In this document: in pieces, positions 10,949 to 22,284 of the stretch
Layout: every line of letters starts with the position of its first letter
How positions within the stretch are numbered: the first letter of the stretch is position 1
Source of the DNA: Rebecca billardiae RCC1528
Lineage: Eukaryota > Protista > Haptophyta
Direction of reading: 5' to 3'
Length of the DNA stretch: 64,000 nt
Assembly (NCBI GenBank): GCA_965240325.2
Contig: OZ251222.1
Location: 4,092,001-4,156,000, forward strand
Notes under the pieces: generated by a model
What the model saw: the letters and a program-made list of their open reading frames with translations, nothing else
Database searches by the model: none
What the model was told of the DNA's origin: nothing
Translations under genes and position numbers: made by a program

Positions 10949-13900
10949 CGACAGCTGCGACCAGCGGCGGCTAGCTCAGCAGAGCGGCGCGACTGAGCGA
11001 TGATGTGCGCGCCGGGCGGGCACGCCGACGCGTGAGCAGTGCGCCCCGGGGCCGCTCGACGCGCGCGCGCGCGCCCGGCCGCACGGCGCCTCCTCCACGC
11101 GGCCCCATGTCCCGGCTCAGAGCGAGCAGCTGACAGCAACTGGTCTTCACGATCTGCGGCGGCGGCGAGCAGCTACGACTGCTACGGGGGCCTCAGAGCG
11201 CGGCGAGGACGAGCTAGCTGGGCGAGATCGGGGTGCGGGGCACTCGGCGCGGCCCAGGCACACCGAGCCCACGTGCCAGCGGGGCGGCGCCGCGCCGCGC
11301 GAGCGCGCGCTCGCGCGCCGACTTTTGTCGGGTCAGATCAGCCTACGGCAGCTCACGGCCTCAGCCGACGGCTGCGACCAGCGGCGGCTAGCTCAGCAGA
11401 GCGGCGCGACTGAGCGATGATGCGCGCGCCGGGCGGGCACGCCGACGCGTGAGCAGTGCGCCCCGGGGCCGCTCGACGCGCACGCGCGCGCCCGGCCGCA
11501 CGGCGCCTCCTCCTCGCGGCCCCATGTCCCGGCTCAGAGCGAGCAGCTGACAGCAGCTGGTCTTCACGATCTGCGGCGGCGGCGAGCAGCTACGACTGCT
11601 ACGGGGGCCTCAGAGCGCGGCGAGGACGAGCTAGCTGGGCGAGATCCGGGTGCGGGGTGCTCTGCGTGGCCCAGGCACACCGAGCCCACGTGCCAGCGGG
11701 GCGGCGCGGCGCCGCGCGCGCGCGCGCGCTCGCGCCGACTTTTGTCGGGTCAGATCAGCTGACGGCAGCTCACGGCCTCAGCCGACGGCTGCGACCAGCG
11801 GCGGCTAGCTCAGCAGAGCGGCGCGACTGAGCGATGATGCGCGCGCCGGGCGGGCACGCCGACGCGTGAGCAGTGCGCCCCGGGGCCGCTCGACGCGCAC
11901 GCGCGCGCCCGGCCGCACGGCGCCTCCTCCTCGCGGCCCCATGTCCCGGCTCAGAGCGAGCAGCTGACAGCAACTGGTCTTCACGATCTGCGGCGGCGGC
12001 GAGCAGCTACGACTGCTACGGGGACCTCAGAGCGCGGCGAGGACGCGCGGGCTGGGCGCGATCGGGGTGCGGGACGCTCGGCGCGGCCCAGGCGCACCGA
12101 GCCCACGTGCCAGCGAGGTGGCGCGGCGCGCCGCGCGCGCGCGCTCGCGCGCCGACTTTTGTCGGGTCAGATCAGCTTACGGCAGCTCACGGCCTCAGCC
12201 GACGGCTGCGACCAGCGGCGGCTAGCTCAGCAGAGCGGCGCGACTGAGCGATGATGCGCGCGCCGGGCGGGCGCGCCGACACGTGAGCAGTGCGCCCGGG
12301 TGCCGCTCGACGCGCACGCGCGCGCCCGGCCGCACGGCGTCTCCTCCACGCGGCCCCATGTCCCGGCTCAGAGCGAGCAGCTGACAGCAGCTGGTCTTCA
12401 CGATCTGCGGCGGCGGCGAGCAGCTACGACTGCTACGGGGGCCTCAGAGCGCGGCGAGGACGAGCTAGCTGGGCGAGATCCGGGTGCGGGGTGCTCGGCG
12501 CGGCCCAGGCGCACCGAGCCCACGTGCCAGCGAGGTGGCGCGGCGCGCCGCGCGCGCGCGCTCGCGCGCCGACTTTTGTCGGGTCAGATCAGCTTACGGC
12601 AGCTCACGGCCTCAGCCGACGGCTGCGACCAGCGGCGGCTAGCTCAGCAGAGCGGCGCGACTGAGCGATGATGCGCGCGCCGGGCGGGCACGCCGACGCG
12701 TGAGCAGTGCGCCCCGGGGCCGCTCGACGCGCACGCGCGCGCCCGGCCGCACGGCGCCTCCTCCTCGCGGCCCCATGTCCCGGCTCAGAGCGAGCAGCTG
12801 ACAGCAGCTGGTCTTCACGATCTGCGGCGGCGGCGAGCAGCTACGACTGCTACGGGGGCCTCAGAGCGCGGCGAGGACGAGCTAGCTGGGCGAGATCCGG
12901 GTGCGGGGTGCTCTGCGTGGCCCAGGCACACCGAGCCCACGTGCCAGCGGGGCGGCGCGGCGCCGCGCGCGCGCGCGCGCTCGCGCCGACTTTTGTCGGG
13001 TCAGATCAGCTGACGGCAGCTCACGGCCTCAGCCGACGGCTGCGACCAGCGGCGGCTAGCTCAGCAGAGCGGCGCGACTGAGCGATGATGCGCGCGCCGG
13101 GCGGGCACGCCGACGCGTGAGCAGTGCGCCCCGGGGCCGCTCGACGCGCACGCGCGCGCCCGGCCGCACGGCGCCTCCTCCTCGCGGCCCCATGTCCCGG
13201 CTCAGAGCGAGCAGCTGACAGCAGCTGGTCTTCACGATCTGCGGCGGCGGCGAGCAGCTACGACTGCTACGGGGGCCTCAGAGCGCGGCGAGGACGAGCT
13301 AGCTGGGCGAGATCCGGGTGCGGGGTGCTCTGCGTGGCCCAGGCACACCGAGCCCACGTGCCAGCGGGGCGGCGCGGCGCCGCGCGCGCGCGCGCGCTCG
13401 CGCCGACTTTTGTCGGGTCAGATCAGCTGACGGCAGCTCACGGCCTCAGCCGACGGCTGCGACCAGCGGCGGCTAGCTCAGCAGAGCGGCGCGACTGAGC
13501 GATGATGCGCGCGCCGGGCGGGCACGCCGACGCGTGAGCAGTGCGCCCCGGGGCCGCTCGACGCGCACGCGCGCGCCCGGCCGCACGGCGCCTCCTCCTC
13601 GCGGCCCCATGTCCCGGCTCAGAGCGAGCAGCTGACAGCAACTGGTCTTCACGATCTGCGGCGGCGGCGAGCAGCTACGACTGCTACGGGGACCTCAGAG
13701 CGCGGCGAGGACGCGCGGGCTGGGCGCGATCGGGGTGCGGGACGCTCGGCGCGGCCCAGGCGCACCGAGCCCACGTGCCAGCGAGGTGGCGCGGCGCGCC
13801 GCGCGCGCGCGCTCGCGCGCCGACTTTTGTCGGGTCAGATCAGCTTACGGCAGCTCACGGCCTCAGCCGACGGCTGCGACCAGCGGCGGCTAGCTCAGCA

Positions 13901-16789
13901 GAGCGGCGCGACTGAGCGATGATGCGCGCGCCGGGCGGGCGCGCCGACACGTGAGCAGTGCGCCCGGGTGCCGCTCGACGCGCACGCGCGCGCCCGGCCG
14001 CACGGCGTCTCCTCCACGCGGCCCCATGTCCCGGCTCAGAGCGAGCAGCTGACAGCAGCTGGTCTTCACGATCTGCGGCGGCGGCGAGCAGCTACGACTG
14101 CTACGGGGGCCTCAGAGCGCGGCGAGGACGAGCTAGCTGGGCGAGATCCGGGTGCGGGGTGCTCGGCGCGGCCCAGGCGCACCGAGCCCACGTGCCAGCG
14201 AGGTGGCGCGGCGCGCCGCGCGCGCGCGCTCGCGCGCCGACTTTTGTCGGGTCAGATCAGCTTACGGCAGCTCACGGCCTCAGCCGACGGCTGCGACCAG
14301 CGGCGGCTAGCTCAGCAGAGCGGCGCGACTGAGCGATGATGCGCGCGCCGGGCGGGCACGCCGACGCGTGAGCAGTGCGCCCCGGGGCCGCTCGACGCGC
14401 ACGCGCGCGCCCGGCCGCACGGCGCCTCCTCCTCGCGGCCCCATGTCCCGGCTCAGAGCGAGCAGCTGACAGCAGCTGGTCTTCACGATCTGCGGCGGCG
14501 GCGAGCAGCTACGACTGCTACGGGGGCCTCAGAGCGCGGCGAGGACGAGCTAGCTGGGCGAGATCCGGGTGCGGGGTGCTCTGCGTGGCCCAGGCACACC
14601 GAGCCCACGTGCCAGCGGGGCGGCGCGGCGCCGCGCGCGCGCGCGCGCTCGCGCCGACTTTTGTCGGGTCAGATCAGCTGACGGCAGCTCACGGCCTCAG
14701 CCGACGGCTGCGACCAGCGGCGGCTAGCTCAGCAGAGCGGCGCGACTGAGCGATGATGCGCGCGCCGGGCGGGCACGCCGACGCGTGAGCAGTGCGCCCC
14801 GGGGCCGCTCGACGCGCACGCGCGCGCCCGGCCGCACGGCGCCTCCTCCTCGCGGCCCCATGTCCCGGCTCAGAGCGAGCAGCTGACAGCAGCTGGTCTT
14901 CACGATCTGCGGCGGCGGCGAGCAGCTACGACTGCTACGGGGGCCTCAGAGCGCGGCGAGGACGAGCTAGCTGGGCGAGATCCGGGTGCGGGGTGCTCTG
15001 CGTGGCCCAGGCGCACCGAGCCCACGTGCCAGCGGGGCGGCGCGGCGCCGCGCGCGCGCGCGCGCTCGCGCCGACTTTTGTCGGGTCAGATCAGCTGACG
15101 GCAGCTCACGGCCTCAGCCGACGGCTGCGACCAGCGGCGGCTAGCTCAGCAGAGCGGCGCGACTGAGCGATGATGCGCGCGCCGGGCGGGCACGCCGACG
15201 CGTGAGCAGTGCGCCCCGGGGCCGCTCGACGCGCACGCGCGCGCCCGGCCGCACGGCGCCTCCTCCTCGCGGCCCCATGTCCCGGCTCAGAGCGAGCAGC
15301 TGACAGCAACTGGTCTTCACGATCTGCGGCGGCGGCGAGCAGCTACGACTGCTACGGGGACCTCAGAGCGCGGCGAGGACGCGCGGGCTGGGCGCGATCG
15401 GGGTGCGGGACGCTCGGCGCGGCCCAGGCGCACCGAGCCCACGTGCCAGCGAGGTGGCGCGGCGCGCCGCGCGCGCGCGCTCGCGCGCCGACTTTTGTCG
15501 GGTCAGATCAGCTTACGGCAGCTCACGGCCTCAGCCGACGGCTGCGACCAGCGGCGGCTAGCTCAGCAGAGCGGCGCGACTGAGCGATGATGCGCGCGCC
15601 GGGCGGGCGCGCCGACACGTGAGCAGTGCGCCCGGGTGCCGCTCGACGCGCACGCGCGCGCCCGGCCGCACGGCGTCTCCTCCACGCGGCCCCATGTCCC
15701 GGCTCAGAGCGAGCAGCTGACAGCAGCTGGTCTTCACGATCTGCGGCGGCGGCGAGCAGCTACGACTGCTACGGGGGCCTCAGAGCGCGGCGAGGACGAG
15801 CTAGCTGGGCGAGATCCGGGTGCGGGGTGCTCGGCGCGGCCCAGGCGCACCGAGCCCACGTGCCAGCGAGGTGGCGCGGCGCGCCGCGCGCGCGCGCTCG
15901 CGCGCCGACTTTTGTCGGGTCAGATCAGCTTACGGCAGCTCACGGCCTCAGCCGACGGCTGCGACCAGCGGCGGCTAGCTCAGCAGAGCGGCGCGACTGA
16001 GCGATGATGCGCGCGCCGGGCGGGCACGCCGACGCGTGAGCAGTGCGCCCCGGGGCCGCTCGACGCGCACGCGCGCGCCCGGCCGCACGGCGCCTCCTCC
16101 TCGCGGCCCCATGTCCCGGCTCAGAGCGAGCAGCTGACAGCAGCTGGTCTTCACGATCTGCGGCGGCGGCGAGCAGCTACGACTGCTACGGGGGCCTCAG
16201 AGCGCGGCGAGGACGAGCTAGCTGGGCGAGATCCGGGTGCGGGGTGCTCTGCGTGGCCCAGGCACACCGAGCCCACGTGCCAGCGGGGCGGCGCCGCGCC
16301 GCGCGCGCGCGCGCGCTCGCGCCGACTTTTGTCGGGTCAGATCAGCTGACGGCAGCTCACGGCCTCAGCCGACGGCTGCGACCAGCGGCGGCTAGCTCAG
16401 CAGAGCGGCGCGACTGAGCGATGATGCGCGCGCCGGGCGGGCACGCCGACACGTGAGCAGTGCGCCCCGGGGCCGCTCGACGCGCACGCGCGCGCCCGGC
16501 CGCACGGCGCCTCCTCCACGCGGCCCCATGTCCCGGCTCAGAGCGAGCAGCTGACAGCAGCTGGTCTTCACGATCTGCGGCGGCGGCGAGCAGCTACGAC
16601 TGCTACGGGGGCCTCAGAGCGCGGCGAGGACGAGCTAGCTGGGCGAGATCCGGGTGCGGGGCACTCGGCGCGGCCCAGGCACACCGAGCCCACGTGCCAG
16701 CGGGGCGGCGCCGCGCCGCGCGCGCGCGCGCTCGCGCGCCGACTTTTGTCGGGTCAGATCAGCCTACGGCAGCTCACGGCCTCAGCCGA
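10949..16789. repeat. Tandem array, 14 units of 417 bp, with 1668-bp higher-order period
   Basis: Equivalent positions recur at 11039, 11456, 11873 ... 16460 (step 417); variant order A-B-C-D-B-B-C-D-B-B-C-D-B'-A'. Confidence 0.97.
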
Positions 16790-16802
16790 GGCTGCTCACT
16801 TA

Positions 16803-17592
16803 GTCCCTCACAAGTTTAAGCCTCCCGACATTGTTCGCCATATCAGCGCAGCAAAGCAGCGGCGCGCCACCATACCAGGGGCGTACTTGGCCCACTCCAC
16901 TGCCGTGCACATGAGGTGCGCCCGGACCCGATTGCTCGAGTCCTCGCAAATAGGCGTGGCTGTGCATCCTGGGTTGACGTTTGGTACCCGGCGGCCGGCG
17001 AGCTCGACTGGCGGCGAGCAGACCTGCCTGCGTGCCGCCGGCTGTCGGCAGCCTCCGTGCGCTGAGCCGCGCGCCGCGCGGTGCGTGTGCGACGTAGCTC
17101 CGCCCACGCCACGCATGCACCCTCGCGCCGCGCCGCCAGCTTGGCGCTGCCGTCAGCCAGAGCCGATCGAGTGCATGCCCGAGCCTGCTCCGAGAGCATC
17201 AATATGGGCTGCGTGTGGCTGCGCGTGCACTTTCGTCGCCTAATTTTGCCAGCGTCGAGTTGGCGCGTGGCACGCCCACCGTAGCAGCACGACTCCCGAA
17301 TGCACAAAAGCCGGGGGTCAGCTGAATTAATGCAGCTCACACGACCGCGCTCCACGCCGAAAACCAGCCCGTAGCTGCCCGCCGGCTGGCTCGTGCATGC
17401 GCACCGACTGCCGGGCGCATCGACACCGTGGCGCACAGAGCGCGGGTGCCGCGGCCGGGTGGGTATGTACTGACGCGGCTGGGCCTGGTGCATGCGCGGG
17501 CGGATGGGCTCTGCCCGGGTCGGCGCGTAGCGGGCGTGCGGGCTGAGACAAAGTCGTGCCTGCTGCAGCCGGCAACTAAATTTGTGGGTCCC
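16803..17592 (+). repeat. 790-bp long direct repeat, copy 2
   Basis: Apparently identical to 8261-9050, flanked by TA both sides. Confidence 0.95.
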
Positions 17593-19008
17593 TATAGAGT
17601 TTTGAAGAAGGCGAAAGACTATCTGGCGGCCGAAACGAGGGACGGCTGTCCCGATGGCGTTCCGGCCGCGAAGTCCGCCGGTGCCTTGCACGAGGGCGGC
17701 CGATCAGTGGCGCCTAGCCCGGTCGTCCGCGCGGTTGCGTCAGCGTACGCGCCATGTGTGTGCCCCCCGCTGTCACGGCATGTTGTGCGCCAGCACCGTG
17801 GGAGCTCCTCGCCTGTTCCTGTCACTCACGGCCAAGCGACGGTGCAGAGATCTTCAGTCCGAGCCCGCGACTGCTGAACTTCTGTGATACGTGTGCGAAT
17901 CCTTGCAGAAAAGCACGCTCTGCTCCCGCAAATCTACCTGGCGAACGTGCGCTGGTGTCAATGCTTCACGCAGTGCACAAATGCCATGGCGAATCAGTCT
18001 TCCCTGCGTGTCACAGGCCTTGGCGTTTGCACAACGACAAGCTAACGGAGACGAGTCCCGACGAGCTGCGTATGGCTGTGGTCGCATGTAGTGTGGGCGT
18101 CGAACGCCGGAGAAGGTGGTGGCTGAAGGCGATAGAAGTATGCTCTCCCATCGGGTACAAGCCAGGCTTGGAAGACGTCTGCTTGCATCACACACACAGC
18201 TTACGCCGACCCGTGCGACGTGAAGCGCCTCAAGCGTGACGGAAGCAACCCAAGGTGCGCGCAAGGCGTGAGGAGCAGGGTGATCTAACCTTACGCGGGC
18301 CTGCTCATCTAGCAGCGCACTCAGTAGATCGCCCCCGTCCTCAGGCGCACGATGACCACCGAATCGTGAATGTGTAGACGCTGACGCGTGCCAGCTTGCG
18401 GCGAGCAGCGACCAGTGCCGCGGACTCGGGCCTCGCGCAAGAACAAGCAGGTTCTTTTGGCGCGGAGGACGCTAGCATGACCTGCACGTACAGCGGGGAG
18501 ATTGTTTGCAAGGCGTGCCCTACATACAGCTCGCGTGCCCCTCAGATATCCCGCGCGGAGAACGTCAGCAGCCCAGCATCGCAGTCCGCGCCGCAGCCCC
18601 AACCACTCAGCTCCGCCCCTCGCCCACCACGAGACGGCGAGATACCGACGTTCGCGAAGTGGAACGGAGCGAGCATCTATTTCCGATTGGGGCTCGCGGG
18701 GGCCGATGTGATCATTTTTCATTGAGCGAAGCCCGAGCTGGCTTCCCATTGGACGGATTGGCGGCTGCGCTACTCCGCAAGGCGAAACACTTACAGCTTC
18801 ACATCCCGAAAATGCAAGTTTGGACAATAGAGTGAGGCACCCTCCTCCAATGAAATTGCTGAAAATCCCGACGAAACTTTACTCACACGTGTGAGTACGC
18901 CCGATCTCCGGGAGATGTGGCCATTTCCGCCCACTGGGGCCATTCAAGGTGGCTCACGCTGACGCTGTCACAGTCACTCTTCGACTTCAGCTGGCATCAG
19001 AACTACCG

Positions 19009-19035
19009 TATATATATATTAGTATATATATATTA

Positions 19036-19081
<46 letters not shown>
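19009..19081. repeat. (TA)n microsatellite, interrupted
   Basis: Direct reading. Confidence 0.9.
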
Positions 19082-19084
<3 letters not shown>

Positions 19085-19849
19085 CCCGCGGTATATTAGC
19101 CTGCTGCTTAATGAAGCGATGACTGTGATGCGACTATGACCATCACGCGCGCGCTTTTGAGTAGACTCATAGAGCCTCTTGCTCGCCTCAACCCAGAGCT
19201 CGTCCGTCATTTTTAGTTGGAGCCACTTGTCATCAATGGTCCCGACCGGACCGAGTGGCGAGTCCGGCGGGTCACTACTAGCAGTGGCAGACTGCTAGTT
19301 ATTGCAGTACAGCTCGCCAGTCGCGGCTGACGTGGCTGCCGCGCAGGTGGGACTCACTGTAGAGTGTGCAGTGGTCTACAGTAGCTACATACGCCGGCCT
19401 GCGCGGGCACCTCTGGACGATGATCACCACTGATGGCGCAGGCTTCATCAGCGCGCACTCCGACGGCAGTCGGCACTCGGCGAAAGTGAGCGTGCACACG
19501 GTCACGGCACAGCGGACACGGGATGCAGCGCGACCGTGTTCAACTTTTCCGGCACGGGCCAAGGCGCCCTGCGGATTCGGGATTGCGAATGACGTAGCTT
19601 ACGATCGACGTATCACCTCACGGCGTATGTCGTAGCTATCGTCTAGCTATAGTCGTCCGGTATACGTAAACTACATACAGTATATACGTATATATATTTG
19701 TAGCAGTTTATTGCCATGCGCGCCCTAGTGGCTAGTTTCTCCCATCAATCATCATGCTGATGGCACTCCCTCACTCCTCAGTCCCTCAGGTACCCTGCCG
19801 GCTGCTGCCGGCGGTGCGAGCGTCACGTCAGGCGCGGGCCGGATAATTC

Positions 19850-20020
19850 TCTCATCTCTGCCGTATATATGATCTTAATTACCGCGGTATATATCTGCTA
19901 TATATATATATATATATATATATATACTATACGGGCCTCATTAACATATATAAGCGCATCATCAGCTCGGTATCTCATCTCTGCCGTATATATGATCTTA
20001 ATTACCGCGGTATATATCTG

Positions 20021-20060
<40 letters not shown>

Positions 20061-20104
20061 TATACGGGCCTCATTAACATATATAAGCGCATCATCAGCT
20101 GGTA
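19850..20104. repeat. Tandem duplication of ~123-135-bp unit containing a variable (TA)n tract
   Basis: TCTCATCTCTGCCGTATATATGATCTTAATTACCGCGG...(TA)n...CTATACGGGCCTCATTAAC at 19850 and 19973. Confidence 0.9.
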
Positions 20105-20112
20105 GTATGATG

Positions 20113-22158
20113 TTACTGCTGGGCGACTCGCAAACGCTTATTGGCGCCGGACGACGCTGGCGGTAGCAGGGCGGGTGACGACTCCGTCTGCTCTGCCGGC
20201 GGCGGCGCGATGTCCTCCTCAGTGATGCCTGATGCCGGTACGGATGCCACGCCATTGGCTGGGCGGGTGTCCACGGCGCCAGCATCTAGACCATGTCTCG
20301 ACGTCGGCACAGCAGAGCCAGAGGTCGCGGCACCAAGGACCCATGGAGCATGGCGGATGTTGTAGTCGTCGTTCTCTCCGCTCAGCATCTCGGACGCGTC
20401 ACGCTTCCGGCCAGCACCGCCGAGTCTCGGTGGCTGCTGCAGCTCCTCCATGGGCGCACTGCGATCGCCATCGTCGAGTGCAGCAGCGAGATAGCCCTGT
20501 CGCGCTGGAAGCGCCGCATCTGTGCCGTGCCGTGCGACGCCGTCGGCCATCGGTGAGCGCGGGGCAGCCCTGACTGACATCGCGGCATGCAGCTCAAGGG
20601 CGGGCATGCCGGCCCAGGCGGCCGCTTGCTGGCAGCGTGTGGCCACCTGCTCCAGCGAGCACAGCGCCACCTGGAAGGACTCGGCCGCAGCATCGCGGTT
20701 CGCGCGCCACGTGTCCGCAACCGCATTAGACGCGCGCGTGTTGATCGCGCCGAGCAGGCGCGCCGGCACGGCCCAGTGCCACCAGCGCGACGGGCCTGGC
20801 ACACCCTGGGCGGTGCTGTGCGCGGGCGCGGCCGAGGTGGCAGGCGCGAGGCTGGCATGGTCGAGAGCGAGGAGCAGCGCGTGGACTTCGCGCTTGAGCA
20901 CGCGCACGGCAGCGTGCAGCGCGTTCAGCTGCTGCAGCACGCACGCGAGCGTCGACGGCGCTGCCCGTGGCTCGTCGCCACGCGTCCGCGTCCGATCGGC
21001 CTCACTGCCCCCGCCGGCCAACGTCGGGAGCCGAGTGGCCTCGAGCTGTGGCAGAGCGGGGAGCCGCGGCGGTGCACAGGCGGGAGGCTGCTCGCGCACG
21101 ATCTCGCACGCCTCAAACGCGCGCGCCACCTCGCGCACAGCCGTGAGCACCGCCGAGAGCGTCGCCGCGAGTGCGCGCGCCGCCTCCTGCTCAGCCGGCC
21201 CGTCCGCGTGCAGAGCGCGGCCCACGAGCTCAGCCAGCTCCCCAGCCGGCACGCCGCCGCCCTCGGCCGACGTCTCGTCGAGGGCGCGCGCGGCGGCGAG
21301 CGCGGCATCGCGCAAGGGAGGCCACGGCTCAGCGCTGGACTCGTCGAGCAGCGCGCGCAGCACGGCGTGCCACGCATCCTCTGCGCCGAGCGTGGCCAGC
21401 TCCGCGCGCAGCTCGTGCAGCGGCATGGGCGCGGACACGGCGCGGGAGACGGTGGCGGCAGAGAAGAGCGCCACGCCCAGGGCCGTGCGCGCCGCGTTCA
21501 GCTCCCCGCGGATGGTGGGGAGTAGCTGACTTGCACGCACGCTGGGCAGCTTCTCGCCTACGCCGCGCTCGAACTCGCGCATTGCGACGATGAGCGAGTC
21601 CGTGTCGGCCATCACCGCGTCTGCGAGGCCGTCCGCTCGCATGCACGCGCGCGCAGAGAGCAGCGCGCGCAGGTTGTGCGCGATCTGCGCCTCGATGTCC
21701 GCCACCGGCGCCGCAGGACTGATGCTCGCGCACCAGCGCACCAGCTCGCCGATGATGAAGGCCTCCGGCGTGGGCACCTCGCGCGCGAGCTGTCGCTCTC
21801 GGGCGAGGCAGCGGCGACAGATTGCACTTGCGGCCAAGCCTAGCCGACGCAGCTCGGGCGCGAGCGAGCGAGGGCAGTCGCTCGCGCTCCACGTGTGCGC
21901 GGCCAGCGTGTTCACGACGTCAGGCATTGAAGGCGGCGCCTCAAGCTCCGCGTCGAGCTCTGGGAGCGAAGGCCACAGCAGCCGGTACTCGCGGTAGCGC
22001 CGCTTCTCCGCGCTCGAATAGCGCCGGCAGACGAAGCGATCGTACTCCTTCTTCACCGCCGTCGCAATGAGCGCAGAGCCCGCGCTAATACCCTCCACGG
22101 CGCGCGACGCCGCGCCCATGGCCGCACCTAGCGCTGCAAGCTCGCCTAGCATCGGCAT
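20113..22158 (-). CDS. Hypothetical Ala-rich helical protein
   Basis: Long ORF; start placed at MPMLG to avoid overlap with the divergent gene; internal introns not excluded. Confidence 0.55.
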   Translation of the reverse strand: MPMLGELAALGAAMGAASRAVEGISAGSALIATAVKKEYDRFVCRRYSSAEKRRYREYRLLWPSLPELDAELEAPPSMPDVVNTLAAHTWSASDCPRSLAPELRRLGLAASAICRRCLARERQLAREVPTPEAFIIGELVRWCASISPAAPVADIEAQIAHNLRALLSARACMRADGLADAVMADTDSLIVAMREFERGVGEKLPSVRASQLLPTIRGELNAARTALGVALFSAATVSRAVSAPMPLHELRAELATLGAEDAWHAVLRALLDESSAEPWPPLRDAALAAARALDETSAEGGGVPAGELAELVGRALHADGPAEQEAARALAATLSAVLTAVREVARAFEACEIVREQPPACAPPRLPALPQLEATRLPTLAGGGSEADRTRTRGDEPRAAPSTLACVLQQLNALHAAVRVLKREVHALLLALDHASLAPATSAAPAHSTAQGVPGPSRWWHWAVPARLLGAINTRASNAVADTWRANRDAAAESFQVALCSLEQVATRCQQAAAWAGMPALELHAAMSVRAAPRSPMADGVARHGTDAALPARQGYLAAALDDGDRSAPMEELQQPPRLGGAGRKRDASEMLSGENDDYNIRHAPWVLGAATSGSAVPTSRHGLDAGAVDTRPANGVASVPASGITEEDIAPPPAEQTESSPALLPPASSGANKRLRVAQQ

Positions 22159-22284
22159 CGGCGAGGAGCAGGGGTGGCAGTGGCCGCCGCTCCGGTGATC
22201 AAGCCACTCTGCTTTCGTGCTTTTCGAAGTTGCGGCGGACGAGACGCGCTGCGTTGCTGACGTTTCGTCAGCAAGGTCCACACG

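Larger units (their letters stand above)
8259..17594 (+). mobile_element. Composite IS630/Tc1/mariner-type element: TA-[790 bp]-TA-[transposase + tandem array]-TA-[790 bp]-TA
   Basis: Direct repeats, TA at all four junctions (TATA outside), inner inverted ends, intact DDE ORF. Confidence 0.8.
8182..18952. mobile_element. Putative older non-autonomous TIR element interrupted at TA 8259 by the composite element
   Basis: Left CCACCTTGAcTGcCCCCcAG...TGGCCgCA vs reverse complement of right end CCACCTTGAaTGgCCCCAG...TGGCCaCA; no clear TSD or intact ORF. Confidence 0.45.

Noticed and set aside
10949-16789. CRISPR-like or guide array; repeated 124-aa ORFs
   Set aside because: Units differ only by point substitutions, with no unique spacers; ORFs start at GTG and are low-complexity Arg/Ala products of GC-rich DNA
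8261-17592. LTR retrotransposon
   Set aside because: No TG..CA ends, PBS, PPT, gag, RT or integrase; the internal gene is a Tc1-type transposase
17575-17610. KFVGPYRVLK resembling a retroelement GPY/F motif
   Set aside because: The motif is created across the repeat/flank junction with no upstream integrase; treated as coincidence
8182-18952. Fanzor/TnpB nuclease associated with the transposon
   Set aside because: No RuvC or Zn-ribbon motifs recognised in any listed ORF of the region
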